A DNA stretch of 57,188 nt, filler included, from Sphacelaria rigidula (lineage: Eukaryota), in NCBI GenBank assembly GCA_964200075.2. It is 5 parts of 5 records of this genome, joined end to end, with 100 filler letters (N's around TTAATTAATTAA, not from the genome) between each part and the next. Parts side by side here need not be neighbours in the genome. Positions count along the whole stretch, not along the records: positions 1 to 11,359 come from CAXNAA020005025.1; 4 more parts are not named here. One strand, 5' to 3'. Below the pieces are notes generated by a model. That model was given only the letters and a program-made list of their open reading frames with translations. It did no database searches and was not told where the DNA came from. The position numbers were made by a program, and so were the translations under genes. Below are positions 1 through 11,459 of the stretch, piece by piece. How positions within the stretch are numbered: position 1 is the first letter of the stretch; the number at the start of each line of letters is the position of its first letter.

Positions 1-51
1 CCACTTCAGCCCCATATTTTGTATGAACCCCAAAATATAAAATCGGCTGTT
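1..51 (+). repeat. Dispersed repeat segment, identical to 45849-45899
   Basis: CCACTTCAGCCCCATATTTTGTATGAACCCCAAAATATAAAATCGGCTGTT occurs at both places, each at or near a contig start. Confidence 0.9.
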
Positions 52-89
52 CTTAGCTGATTGTAACAACCAAGCCCGTGGTCAGGAGC

Positions 90-557
90 AGCAAAAATAA
101 AACAGAATAATAAAAAATACAAAAATAAAGAAAGGATCAGAAAACGACAGAAGCAACGGCCTCAGAAAGGAAAGAAAGGGGGCAGCGATAACAAAAAACA
201 CCACCACCACCATCAACAACAACAACAACAACAACAAACAACAACAATCAACAACAGCAATGGCAACAAAAATAACGACAAACACAAACACGAACACAAA
301 CAAACACAAGCACTAACAACAACAAAAAAAGATGATGATCGCGTATTACGTGGCAGATTGCAACACTCCAGAATCAGAAACAAAAAAACGGAGAAACATG
401 AAAAAAATGAAAGAAAAATGAAAGAAAAATGAAAGAAAAGAAGAAGAGAAAAGAGAAATAAAATAATAGAACATAAAAAAAAATACAATGATAGAAGACA
501 AGAAGACAGAGCCAGGCTTGTTCCCGCCGTGGGGGGGGGGGGGGGGGGGGGGGGGGG
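90..557. repeat. Low-complexity A-rich/(AAC)n tract followed by poly-G
   Basis: Read directly from the sequence; explains the Phe/Leu/Val-rich spurious minus-strand ORFs. Confidence 0.9.
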
Positions 558-622
558 TCGTTCGACCAGGCAGCGGAGGGTTGTAGGGCGGTGTGTCGGT
601 CGCCCCCAAAAGNNNNNNNNNN

Positions 623-1007
623 CGTGTTATCGGCGAGTCGCATGAAGGGTGAGCTGCATCCTGCTGAGATTGTTCGGCCCGAAGCCTGCTGATTACCTTG
701 CATTCGAATGACAGCCTACAATGACTTATTGCTTCATTTTCTGGTATCGTCGCCACTTCCGGAGACAGCCACAGCTTTTACACCGCCTCATGGGTGTCTC
801 ATCATTTAAACACTATACGTGGTACGATCATCCCCATTGTGCGGAGTTGAGGTTCTCCCACGCCGCACAACAACATGATGTAGCTCGACTACCATCATGG
901 TTACCGCAAAAAAAACGCAAGCGCGCCAAAAAAAACCGTAACCTGGTTGCCTAGCTTCCGTAGTGAGTGGCGTATTTTATAGCGTCATCGCCAAGCGACG
1001 CCAACCC
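623..1007 (+). repeat. Dispersed repeat (~380 bp), unclassified; inverted copy at ~26498-26868
   Basis: Collinear reverse-complement match, e.g. TGGTTGCCTAGCTTCCGTAGTGAGTGGCGT vs ACGCCACTCACTGCGTAAGCTAGGCAACCA; both give the pseudo-peptide PENEA..RLS..CK.IS.LRAEQS.QDA.HPS.DSPIT. Confidence 0.85.
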
Positions 1008-1400
1008 CATCGGGGGTCCGCCCCTATAAAGCCGGGACGGAGCACGGAGGGTTCTCGCCGGACCAAGCTATTAGGGGGGGGGGAGACAGACGAACGAAAC
1101 AAAAACAGTAAAAAAAAGAAACCACCAGGAACAAAAAAAGATGAACAAAGCAGAGATGTGGGCCAAATACAATGCTCTGCGTATCTGGCGTAGGCTATGG
1201 TGAGTTGCTGTTGGTACTGTCGGTCCCAGGTGCTGTCGGTGCATCTTGGCCTGCCTCCTCCTGCCTCTATGATGTTGTCATTGGACATGATGAGTATTGA
1301 ATGATAATAATAATCAAGGTAAATAATTATAAAAGTTCGAGAAAGCTCTTTTTTTCTGATAACCACCGTTTCACCCACACAGCGCCCGAGGCTTATTATA

Positions 1401-1636
1401 GAGCAATGCTACGGTAGGGGTGCACTTTTTTCGAGAAATCATGTCTAGTTCAGGGACTCCTAACGATTCTAGATGCGCATAAATATGGGTCAGGGCATCC
1501 CCGTTTGCAAATTCACTCGGGATACCCCCAGCACATTGGAGAATTGATCCTGGCATACTTTCACAATTTTTCATAGGTCTCCTAACAATTCTAACCTCAG
1601 AGAATATTTGTGCACCCCCCTACCGTAGCATCACTC
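1401..1636. mobile_element. MITE with GAG...CTC termini, Sola2-like
   Basis: TIRs GAGCAATGCTACGGTAGGGGTGCAC / GTGCACCCCCCTACCGTAGCATCACTC; 4-bp flanks TATA/CATA. Confidence 0.8.
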
Positions 1637-2516
1637 CATAGTGCCATCAAACCTGTCCCTCTGACACCGACCTGCGGCGTCGACAAATGTGTACTCGACG
1701 TTTCAGAATAATCAGGCAAGAGGTGCGCCTAACCCTCGCATAAATAATAATAAGAACGTAAATTTCGAACGAACAACTGAGGGCTAAAATGTCGACCGAC
1801 CCAGATCTGACATCATACTCGTAGATTTGTTTCACGTCAGTCATCTCTCACTCACTTTGTGATGGGAAATGACCCTGGATATCACCTCACGTCGTAGCTA
1901 GGTCAAAGGAGCAAGTAGGTGGGCGCAGGAGTGATCTCTTGTTGGTGAGCCAAGCGTGATGTTCGAGCTGAATAGAACTTTCAAAGTGGATCATGCTAAC
2001 GGCGAAGCTATGACGGAGGTGAGATGCTTGTTCAGACAAGCTTGTGAGTTCACCGCGTAGGGCACCCCACTCTATCGTTTTAACCCCCTCCTGTCGGGTC
2101 TCAACCAGAGCAGGGCCTCGCTGGTCGTGTTTGTTGTACCAGGAACTTGGCTTGAACGAGTTAGTGCCGCGCTCGCACTGTTGTCTTTGGCACATCTCTT
2201 TTCTCAAGACGCTCTTGTCGGAAATTCTCGATAACTATGTTGGTATTGATGCTGCATGCATGGCTTTGATACTGGCCAGGGAGGGTCACTTGCTTGATAA
2301 TCCACAAGTGTTTGTATTGACTAGTGTACTGACTGCAGATGCTCCTGTCTGTGCTGACCTGTGCTGGACCCCGTGTTCACTGCGAACATACGGCACAGCG
2401 ATTGCAGTAGTACAACAGTACAGCGCAGTACACACAACTAGCTGTTGTAGAACAGCACAATCAGCTGACCACTTTTAACCTGCTCTAATCGGATCGAATG
2501 TTTGACGTCGCAACAG

Positions 2517-2630
2517 CAGATCAACGGCCCGGATTCTGGCGGTATCGCGGACTCTTTGGAGACTCGCCGAGTTCAAAAGTCGCTCATCGCCCGCATGCTG
2601 GATCTTGACCAGGCTACCATGACGGAAAAG
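2517..2630 (+). CDS. Candidate orphan internal exon (QINGPDSGGIADSLETRRVQKSLIARMLDLDQATMTEK)
   Basis: CAG acceptor, 38 open codons, AAG|GT donor; no recognised family. Confidence 0.4.
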
Positions 2631-2876
2631 GTCCAGCGTACAGATCATTTTTGAGTGGGGGAACTGAGTTTGGTCTGATCCACCTACTGTGATGTATGTA
2701 CTGCTGTACTTACTGCACTGTGCAGTACCGCATCATGTCTTGGTGTACGCGGAACTTTGGCCACTGTTGGAAACTCGTTTAGTATTAGATACTGCACATG
2801 TGCCAGGTACATGACGAGATGTTGACACGACAGAACTTGAGTACACCCTACTGCAGCACCTGTTTTTATTTTTCTA

Positions 2877-2974
2877 CCCTTTCACCGCGAGGGTAGGTCA
2901 TCTGTTGAATCGGCATCACTTTCACTCGAAAAATTAATCCATGACCCAGATGACCTACACTGGCCGCGAAGGGG
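2877..2974. mobile_element. Mini piggyBac-like TIR element
   Basis: CCCT...GGGG termini, inverted GTAGGTCATCTG / CAGATGACCTAC, right flank TTAA; same-size relative at 7341-7437. Confidence 0.6.
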
Positions 2975-3137
2975 TTAAGCCGTGCAAAGTGGGGACAAAT
3001 CCTCAATCTTAATCCTACTGACCTCAAAATTCTGATGATGATCATGGCGGATGTAATTCAAATAACTGTTGAAATTCATAAATCTAGCGACATGGTCACC
3101 TACTGTACAACGGCACTACCGTAACTATACAGTCTTG

Positions 3138-4814
3138 TAAGGTTATGTTCTGTCGGGTACAGTTTTCTGTATACCAGGGGTACTTCGTCGGGTATTTATC
3201 GTACCCGACAGTCCTGTAATCTCTGTAAGACTTTCATGCCCATACCCGATAGTTCTCTAATCTCTGTGAGACTCCCGTACCGTTACCGGGGGGCACGGGT
3301 ACGCTCTTGATAAGATACCCGATTGCGGGTACGTTTTTCTGTGCAACCTTCATATCCTATCCGACAGTTTCAGTGATAAGCCTCCCATACCCTTACCCGA
3401 CAGTTCTGTGAGTTCTGTACAGAATATTTACCCGTACCGGGAGCGCGGGTATGCTCTCCAAGAAATACCCGATTGCCGGTACCGGTTTCCTGCAAGCCTC
3501 TCCTATGCCGTACCCGACACGTTCCATAATTTCTGTGAGACTTTCATCCATCACCGGTTCCCCGACAGTTTTGTGAGCTCTGTAAGCCTCCCATACCCCT
3601 ACCCGGGGTTAGGGTTTACCGTTATAGATATACCCGATCGCAGGTATGAGCACAGGTATATATACCTTGGGGAGGTACGAATATGTGTTCAATCCAAACA
3701 CAACCTCATGACCTGAACATGTACCTCCCATAGATAGACCCACCCAACTCCTTCATTCAAAACTGCACACCAACAATAGTTCAATGTTGAGAAGTAATTC
3801 AATTTGGGATCTGACGGGATACGAGGTACCGCTGAGTGGAAACACGAAACATGATCAGCCCTGCAGACCGTCAGAATTGATAACCCCCAGACTCGCGAGT
3901 GATGGCTCAAGCAAGGGTGGTTCATCTGCACCACCAGAGAATCATGTAGAAAGACCCACGTCATCGATGTTGATGGTGGCTGTGTCGTGGTCTTCAAACC
4001 CCAGCCCGTTATCTACATGTACAGCATAGATTATATGAGCTACCACCGAAAGTCGTCAAGACCGTCGGCGATTTTGTCGCGTGCCGACGGGCTTCCAGAG
4101 AAGGTGCAGCCGTGAATGCTCCTTCATGTACTCCCTGGGATCGTACGTGAAACCGATGGATGTTGACGATCCATGTACTACTGCGATTGCTATCAACCGG
4201 TGGAAGCCGTTCAGAGTTTTCGTGAAGTGTCATTTTCTGTATCTCGCCACTGTTGTAGTGACGTAGGTCCCACCACAGGGGTGATGATAACACCAAGGTC
4301 GTTTTCTGTAGGGTACGGTTCTCGGTATACCCGGGGTTTTTTGCCCGGTATTTACCGTACCCGACAGTTCTGTAATTTCTGTAAGACCATCATACCCGTA
4401 CCCGATAGTCCTGTGAGTTCTGTAAGCCTCCCGTACCCTTACCGAGTGGCACGGGTATGCTCTAGATGAGATACCCGGTTGCGGGTACGGTTTTCTGTGC
4501 AACCTCCATACCCTACCCGACAGTTACTGTGACTTCTGTAAGCCTCCTATACCCTTACCCGACAGTTCTGTGCGTTCTGTACAAGAACTTTATGCTAACC
4601 CTAGGGGCGGGTATGTCCCAAAAGAGTTACCCGATTGCCGGTATCGGTTATCTACGTAAGCCTCCCGTACCGTCCCCGACAAGTTCTGTAATTTCTGTAA
4701 AATTGATAGATATGGCTTTAATAAGGTTTAAACCGGTACCCGACAGTTCTGTATCTTCTGCAAGGAATCTCATACCCTACAGAACGTACCCGTGCCTTAC
4801 AAAACACAACCTTG
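3138..4814 (+). mobile_element. Non-autonomous composite hAT element, copy 1
   Basis: TIRs TAAGGTTATGTTCTGT / ACAAAACACAACCTTG; perfect 8-bp TSD CAGTCTTG (3130-3137, 4815-4822); many CCCGACAGTTCTGT subterminal repeats; decayed ORF fragment ~3850-4230; internal third TIR at 4294. Confidence 0.93.
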
Positions 4815-5035
4815 CAGTCTTGTATTCAGGACTATCGTCGAGTGGCGTGAGCAGTACCGTCCATTGTCATGGTTTTGTGCCGTTATGCTTGTAGGCCCCA
4901 GGCGAGGGTGTAGCCCGAGACATAATGCCCCTTGCAGGATAGGGGGTTGGTAAGAGAATGGTGAAACGAACCAGAAGGGGGCCGCGCCGGAGGCGCCGCC
5001 CCAGGCAAGAGAATATGTACTTGAGCTTCATGTAT

Positions 5036-5250
5036 ATGGGTTACACAAATTCGTCTTCAAGGTCGACGAAGGAGAGGGAACGCCGGTCCCCTCTCCCGAT
5101 AAAAAAGAAGGTAAGCATCGCAGAAGGGAAGTGGACAAATAAAATAAATGAAAGAAAAAACTCCTGTTTTGGCAATCCTCCTGTGTGACCCCAGCTGATG
5201 CGCACACGTGTACCGAAAGGCGTAGACTGGCGTCCAGAATAGATGGAAAG
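5036..5250 (+). repeat. Headless copy of the SINE core seen at 47446-47670
   Basis: Collinear match including TCCTCCTGTGTGACCCC.GCTGATGCGC.CAC...TACCGAAAGG.GTAGAC.GGCGTCC. Confidence 0.8.
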
Positions 5251-7340
5251 GCGACACAAACCCATGTAAGGCCGTCCGTGTTTTAACGAAAAAAGGAAGA
5301 AGAAACAAGGAAAGTGAGGCCGTGTCTCATCAAGAGAAATTCGACTCAAAAACGTTGAATGGAATGGAATTGGTCGTAATTAGCTCGTATCTGATACGTC
5401 AACGGTGTTCATGTTCTCAGATGGCTTCAAGTTCATTTTATTATTTTTGCGCGCGACGGGCCGGGTGAAGAACAAAAAGCTTAGCTTTTCTTTATCGAAA
5501 ACATGCGGCGGAAAGGAACGAAGGGCCACTTGACTCCTATATTGCGGACCACCACGCTGGATACCACCCTTTTATAGAACAATGGACACCTCACGCAATT
5601 TTCTTAACAACCCAACGCAAGCCGCAGCACAAATCACGAAATGAGCGCAGGGTATATAAACTACAGGAATCGGTAGCCGACACTACCACCCTCCAGGCAT
5701 GATTAGTTTGTTTTTGCCGGCGGAAATTTGAGCACTGCCTTTCATTGTAGGGGTCAGGGTCGGAATTGCGCGGTAGGGTGGGCGACCGACCTGCGAACAT
5801 GCTCATGGGCAGTAAAGTAAAGGCAGTACTAAACTGCACGTTGTCCAAATATTCTTCACATCCTTCTGTATGAAGAGAGTATGGACAGTCCTATGCTGTC
5901 TGTACTGCACGTTGCCTCCTTCTTCACATCCTACTGTACGAAACACACACTGTGCAGACAGTAAAGACAGTACTGTATTCTTTGTATTGTATTGGAAACA
6001 AGTGAGTGAGAAAGTACCGCTTCACGAATTCCACCGTCTGTTTCGGTCCAGAGCGTGCAAATGCACTCGGACCCAAACACATCGAAACGAACTTAATCTC
6101 GCACGAATTCGTTCGAGTCGAATGTTTTTTACAAGACAACGGCCTGAGGGTGATTCCGTGGGAGTGGTAGCGGAATGTCTGTTCACAACGTCATCACGAG
6201 AAACCACGCCCCCTTTCAATTTAGGGAGGGGCAATTGTGATACGCACTGAAAATGCAGTGAGGGTAACAACACGCGAACAGACCAGCGATTTCCCAGCAG
6301 GGCGGCAATCACGCGCGAGGTGTATGGGCATCGTCGCAGGTCGAAACGCGGGCCACCTCCCGCACGAGAAGCAGATGTGTACGGTTGGGGGTGGGAGTGA
6401 ATCAGCCGGTACCGATACTGGTGGTGGTGGTGCTGCTGCTGCTGCTGCTCTTCCTCATGCGAGAGACGGTCCACGTTTCGACCGTGCGACAACGCCCCCG
6501 CACCTTGCGCGTGATTGCCATCCTGCTGACAATCGCTGGTCCGTACTACCCGCCCATGGCTTCATTCTTGCTCACTCGGTGAAGTGCTGGGGAGATATAG
6601 CCGTGCGTATCTCTCTTGGGGAGCTGTGCACGTCGGGTGTGTATCCCACGCGTGGCTACTGCTAGTAACGGGAAAGTCAGCTGTGCGCCCCATGAAAAGC
6701 CGAACAGCCCACGCCTTGCAATCGTGTGATGTTTATCTTGGCTTTCTTACGCAAATGTTCATCCTTCCTTCCGAAAATTAATTCCCGGATGATTAATTTT
6801 CGTGAGATGATTGATTTTCGTGAGAGTGATTTGGGGGGAGATGAGAATCCGGCATCAATTCACACCAATCGAAAGCACAAAAAAAAACGCCAGAATCATT
6901 CATCACACTCACGTCGCGCTCTCACTTTTCTTGTCTGGTTATAATGGGCCCTGACCAAATCCGAAGAAGAAGCACATGAAGCAAAAGCTGACCCCAACGA
7001 TAAAGTCTGGATCGATGCGTGTACGTAATGATGCGTTTGAGGGTTTAGAAGGACTCCAATGTTCTGGTCGTTAGCTTTGTGAGGTAAAGTGCTTGTTTTT
7101 AGTCAGCTGATGTCAATTGTATCTGTACGTATGTACGGTTGTTTCGCTGCAGTTGCTGAAGGGATAGGCCGTGTCTTGGCACATGATTTTGCGATCGAAG
7201 ATGTGGTGTGAAAAACGAAAACTCCCATCTGATACGTCAAATAAAGTGCGATGGTTGAAATCACGACCGATCAGATCGGAATTTGTGCTTTCCACCGCAC
7301 TTTTTCGATCGAAAAAAAATGTGCTAAGGCACGCCCTTAG

Positions 7341-7437
7341 CCCTTCGGGCGCCAGGGTTGGTCATCCGTTGAACCGTCGTCGTTTTCACGTGGAGAATAA
7401 ACGCGATAGGCCGGTGACCCACTTGCAGCCCAAAGGG
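7341..7437. mobile_element. Mini piggyBac-like TIR element
   Basis: CCCTT...AAAGGG termini with decayed TTAA flanks (TTAG/TTCA); similar to 2877-2974. Confidence 0.55.
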
Positions 7438-7785
7438 TTCAAGTCGAGCTCATTTCTCCCTGATCATATGCAGTGCTTCACGCGCACAATCAACTGGATA
7501 CATTGTAGAATTCCCAAAAAAGCCGTACCCCCGAGAGCTTACGAATCGGGAAAACGGGGGGGAGAAAGACGAGGGACCACGTGCTGCGAATGCCACCGTG
7601 TTTTCCGCCGCGGTATCGCAGTCGTACCATATTTTCATGCAGCTTGGGAGCTGCCTGGACTGTAAGGAGTCGATGTTTAGCTGGAAACAGCTATGACAAT
7701 TCCGTTGTTGACCTAGAAACAACTGTGAGAAATCTGAAGGTGAAGAAAAACCGGGGCTAAGCAAAACTTATTCCGCTGTACGTAG

Positions 7786-7881
7786 GCTGTGCCTACTTTC
7801 GTTGTGTGGCGCAGCGGCAGTCTCGCGCCGAAAGAAGAAAGCACTCGAATGTACGCCGATGCCAGTGTTGTTACTATTGAT
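7786..7881 (+). CDS. Candidate orphan exon (AVPTFVVWRSGSLAPKEESTRMYADASVVTID)
   Basis: TAG acceptor, 32 open codons, GTAAAT donor; phase-compatible with the 10464 exon. Confidence 0.3.
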
Positions 7882-8590
7882 GTAAATGCCCGCATTTGGC
7901 CCGCATACAAAGATGATTGCACTTTTGAACAGAAACCTTTACTATGGTTTTCTCCACCGCGGCTGAATTATTCGCCGTGAACCTTGGCGCACTCATCGGG
8001 CACAACAGAGGCAGCATGTACACCAATCGGCGGCACGTTCAGGCCGCGTACAATCGAGAACACAGCGATCAGCGATTTGGAGCAAAACCATCAAAATAAC
8101 TTTCCCACCGCTCAGACTTCGGGCGCGGTAAGTGGATGCGTATGCGCACACGCTGGTGCACTAGCTTCCGCATTATGAAGAGCTGCTCAGCCCCTGGATA
8201 ATGATGATCTGTACATGACTCATCGGCGTATCGCCTGTAGAGGTGCTCACATATCATGCGAACCAGTCAACAACCCTATGTTGCTGAATCTGGGTTTGCG
8301 CGTTGCAGCAGTGCGTGCGCACGGGGGTGAAAATATATCAGATTTTTTTTTTTCTCTTGTCACCAGACTGGCGGTAACTTATTTTTACAGACAAGTTAAA
8401 AAACGAATAGCGTGGAAATGAGGAATGACGATATTATTTACACCGATGTACAATGACAACAGCAGGGGTGAATGCACCGGTGTATATTTAGTGGCGCTGA
8501 TTCCCAATGCCAATGTATCGCGATATACTGGTACAGACCAATACGTATTATCTCAACATGTAACTCTTGTTGCATCGTAACAAACTGTTT

Positions 8591-10339
8591 CAAGGTTGTG
8601 TTCTGTAGGGTTCGGTTTTCTGTATACCCAGGGTATTTTCCCCAGTATTTACGGTGCCCGATAGTTTTGTGACTTCTGTATGACTTTCATACCGGTACCC
8701 GACAGTTCTGCAACCTCTGCAAGACTTTCACACCCTTACCCGATAGTTCTGTGACTCCTGGAAGCCTCCCGTACCATTACCGGGGGGCACGAGTATGCTC
8801 TTGATAAGATACCCGGTTGCTGGTACTGTTTTCTGTGCAACCTCCACACCCTCCTATCCGACAGTTTCTGTGAGTTCCATACATCTCTCATACCCTTACC
8901 CGACAGTTCTGTGAGTTCTGTGCAAAATTTTTGCCCGCACCCGGAGCGCGGGTATGCTCTCCAAGAAACACCCGATTGTCGGTACGGTTTTCTGCAGGTC
9001 TCCCATACCGTAACCGAAAGATTCTGTAATTTCTGTAAGACTTTCATACAGTACCGGTACCCGACAGATCTGAAAGTTCTGACAACCTCTCATAACCCTG
9101 CCCAAGGTTGGGGTATCCTGTTGTAGATATACCCGATTGCAGGTACGAGCACAGGTATATACCTTGGGGAGGTATGGATGCAGGTCCAATCCAAACACAA
9201 TTGAATGACCTGGCGATGTACCTCCCATAGATCAACCCACCCTACTCCTTCATTCAACACCGCACACCATCAAAGTCCAATGTTGGAAAGTTCTTTAGTT
9301 TACACTCTGACGGGTTACAAGGTACTGCTGAGTGGAAACACATAATATGAGCAGCACTGCAGACCGTCAGGATGGGTCACCCCCAGACTCGAGTGGTGGC
9401 TCGAGCGGGGGCGGCTCATCTGCACCACCAGGGGGATTGAGTAGCATGACGCAGATCATAGACGCTGATGGTGGTTGTGCCGTGGTCATCAAACCCCAGG
9501 CTGTTATCGACATACACGGCAAAGAGGATTAGTTGCCACCGGAAGTTGTCGAGGCCATCGACGACTTTGTGGTGCCGGAGGGCTTCCAGAAAGCGGGTAG
9601 CTGTGAACGCTCCTTCATGTATTCTCTGGGAGTGTACGTGAAGCCGATATATGTTGACGATCCCGTGCATATGTGCTGCTGCGAGTGTTCGTGTAGTCTT
9701 TCTCTATCAACCCCGTGAAGCCGTTCAGGGTGTTCGTGAACTGTAGTGACGTAGGTTCCACCCTGGAGGTGATGATAATACCAAGGTCGTGTTCTGTACG
9801 GTACGGTTTTCTGTATACCCGGGGTATTTTCCCGGGTATTTACCGTACTCGACAGCTTTGTAAACTCTGTGAGACTCTCATACCGGTACCCCACAGTTCT
9901 ATGATCTCTGTAAGACTTTTATACCCTTACCCGAAAGTTCTGTGACTTATGTAGGCCTCCCGTACCGGTATGCTCTTGATCAGATACCCGGTTTCGGGTA
10001 CGGTTTTCTGTGCAACCTCCATACCCTACCCGACGGTCTGTGAGTTCTGTAAGCCTCTTATACCCTTACCCGACAGTTCTGTGAGTTCTGTACAAAAAAT
10101 TTACCCGTACCCGGAGCGCGGGTATGCTCTTGAAATACCCGATTGCCGGTACGGTATTTCTGTAGGCCCTCCCGTACCGCACCCGACAGTTTTGTAATTT
10201 CTGTAAGACTTCCAAACCGGTACCCGACAGTTTTGTAATTTCTGTAAGACTTTCATACTGGTACCCGAAATTTTTGTGAGTTCGACGAGGAATCTCATAC
10301 CCTCCAAAACATACCCGTACCCTACAGAACACAACCTTG
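8591..10339 (+). mobile_element. Non-autonomous composite hAT element, copy 2
   Basis: TIRs CAAGGTTGTGTTCTGTAGGG / CCCTACAGAACACAACCTTG; decayed 8-bp flanks AACTGTTT/AGTTGTTC; same architecture as copy 1 with internal TIR at 9782. Confidence 0.92.
9347..9718 (+). pseudogene. Probable N-terminal fragment of the hAT transposase
   Basis: MSSTADRQDGSPP...KED*LPPEVVEAIDDFVVPEGFQKAGSCERSFMYSLGVYVKP..DDP..CCCEC follows the left subterminal array and is conserved in copy 1; identity as transposase is inferred from position only. Confidence 0.55.
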
Positions 10340-10463
10340 AGTTGTTCGTCATTCCATTATACCGCACGGTTCCGCTTTCTAGAACTATTGTTGGTGCCTA
10401 TCCCTTCCAATTCTCAGTTATTATTATCGAGGACCGACACTTGTTTTGGCGTTTCATTTGCAG

Positions 10464-10633
10464 ATGATAAACTTCTTGTCGGGTGACGGGGCGTGTGAGA
10501 CATACATGACTTTCATCACACAAATTCCGAAGGAAGATGAGGATCGAGCCGATCCCCGAGAAGGTATCCAGAGTGGGTGCAAGAGACCAGAACCTGGCGA
10601 CGAACTCTCCGACGAGCTGAAACGATCGTTCAG
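10464..10633 (+). CDS. Internal exon of an unidentified gene (MINFLSGDGACETYMTFITQIPKEDEDRADP...LKRSF)
   Basis: TTTGCAG acceptor, open frame, CAG|GTGAGC donor. Confidence 0.55.
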
Positions 10634-10931
10634 GTGAGCTTTATATTTTGGTGCGTGTGCCTCTGAACTCGGAACTTTTGTATTGTTGGTGCATGAAGCG
10701 ATGGTCGTTTATGTTCAAGTTGGTAACCGCTCCTTGCGCCAGACGCTGGGATTCGTGTTGGAGTCTGTGTCTGTCCAAGTCGATGTTTTTATGCCATTCG
10801 TAAACAGCTTGGTCAGGAAGGGAAGTGAGAGGTCCTTCTGCGGTCAGGGGGGGTCCTGTGCTACAGGCTGGTTCAGGGTGAACGACCTAACTTTACTCCC
10901 CTGCGGCTGCTCACGCCGTTTTTTCAAGTCA

Positions 10932-11168
10932 GACCCTGAAATTTCGCATACGGGTGCTCTGAGATATTTGATATTCAGAAGGGCGGTACGAATGGGGTCT
11001 TTCGATTTTTCCCGTTCTTCGCCATATATCCAGGGTCCCACGAGGGGGGGAAAGACTTCCCCTCCTGAAATCCCGGATATCTGGCGGAAAACGAGGAAAA
11101 AACGAAAGAATCCACTCGTACAGCCCTTCTGAATATCTCAGAGCACCCGTTTACAAAATTTCTGGGTC
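10932..11168. mobile_element. Foldback MITE, PIF/Harbinger-like
   Basis: ~105-bp inverted arms GACCCTGAAATTT...AAATTTCTGGGTC; 3-bp flanks TCA/TAA. Confidence 0.8.
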
Positions 11169-11171
11169 TAA

Positions 11172-11359
11172 GACCCACTTTTATGGCAAGCACGACTCTC
11201 GATTTTTTCAAAATCTGGGGGACAAAAAAACGGGGAACGCATTTTATGGACACCGATTTGGATCAAATTGGGGCCGAAGAAATCGGGGGGTCACAATCTC
11301 GGAACGATTTTCCCCGATTTCTCGAAAAAATCGGGGGAAAACCGTTCCGAGATTGTGAC
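11172..11359. mobile_element. Partial foldback MITE truncated by the contig end
   Basis: Starts after TAA with GACCCACTTTTATGGCAA, similar to the termini of 31416-31830; central hairpin 11290-11359. Confidence 0.6.
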
Positions 11360-11459
11360 NNNNNNNNNNNNNNNNNNNNNNNNNNNNNNNNNNNNNNNNN
11401 NNNTTAATTAATTAANNNNNNNNNNNNNNNNNNNNNNNNNNNNNNNNNNNNNNNNNNNN
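11360..11459. other. Artificial contig linker (N44-TTAATTAATTAA-N44)
   Basis: Exactly 100 bp with a six-frame stop cassette at 11404-11415; the same linker recurs three more times. Confidence 0.99.

Noticed and set aside
82..756. Hydrophobic minus-strand ORFs resembling membrane proteins
   Set aside because: They are translations of A-rich/(AAC)n low-complexity DNA; the microsatellite ORFs at 25.1-25.4, 31.8-32.3, 45.5-45.8 and 55.9-56.3 kb are likewise artefacts
3138..4814. Regularly recurring CCCGACAGTTCTGT motifs resembling a CRISPR array
   Set aside because: Spacers are not unique, spacing is irregular, there are no cas genes, and the region is bounded by TIRs and an 8-bp TSD: these are hAT subterminal repeats
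11404..11415. TTAATTAATTAA as a biological motif or piggyBac target
   Set aside because: It is a synthetic six-frame stop cassette centred in N runs
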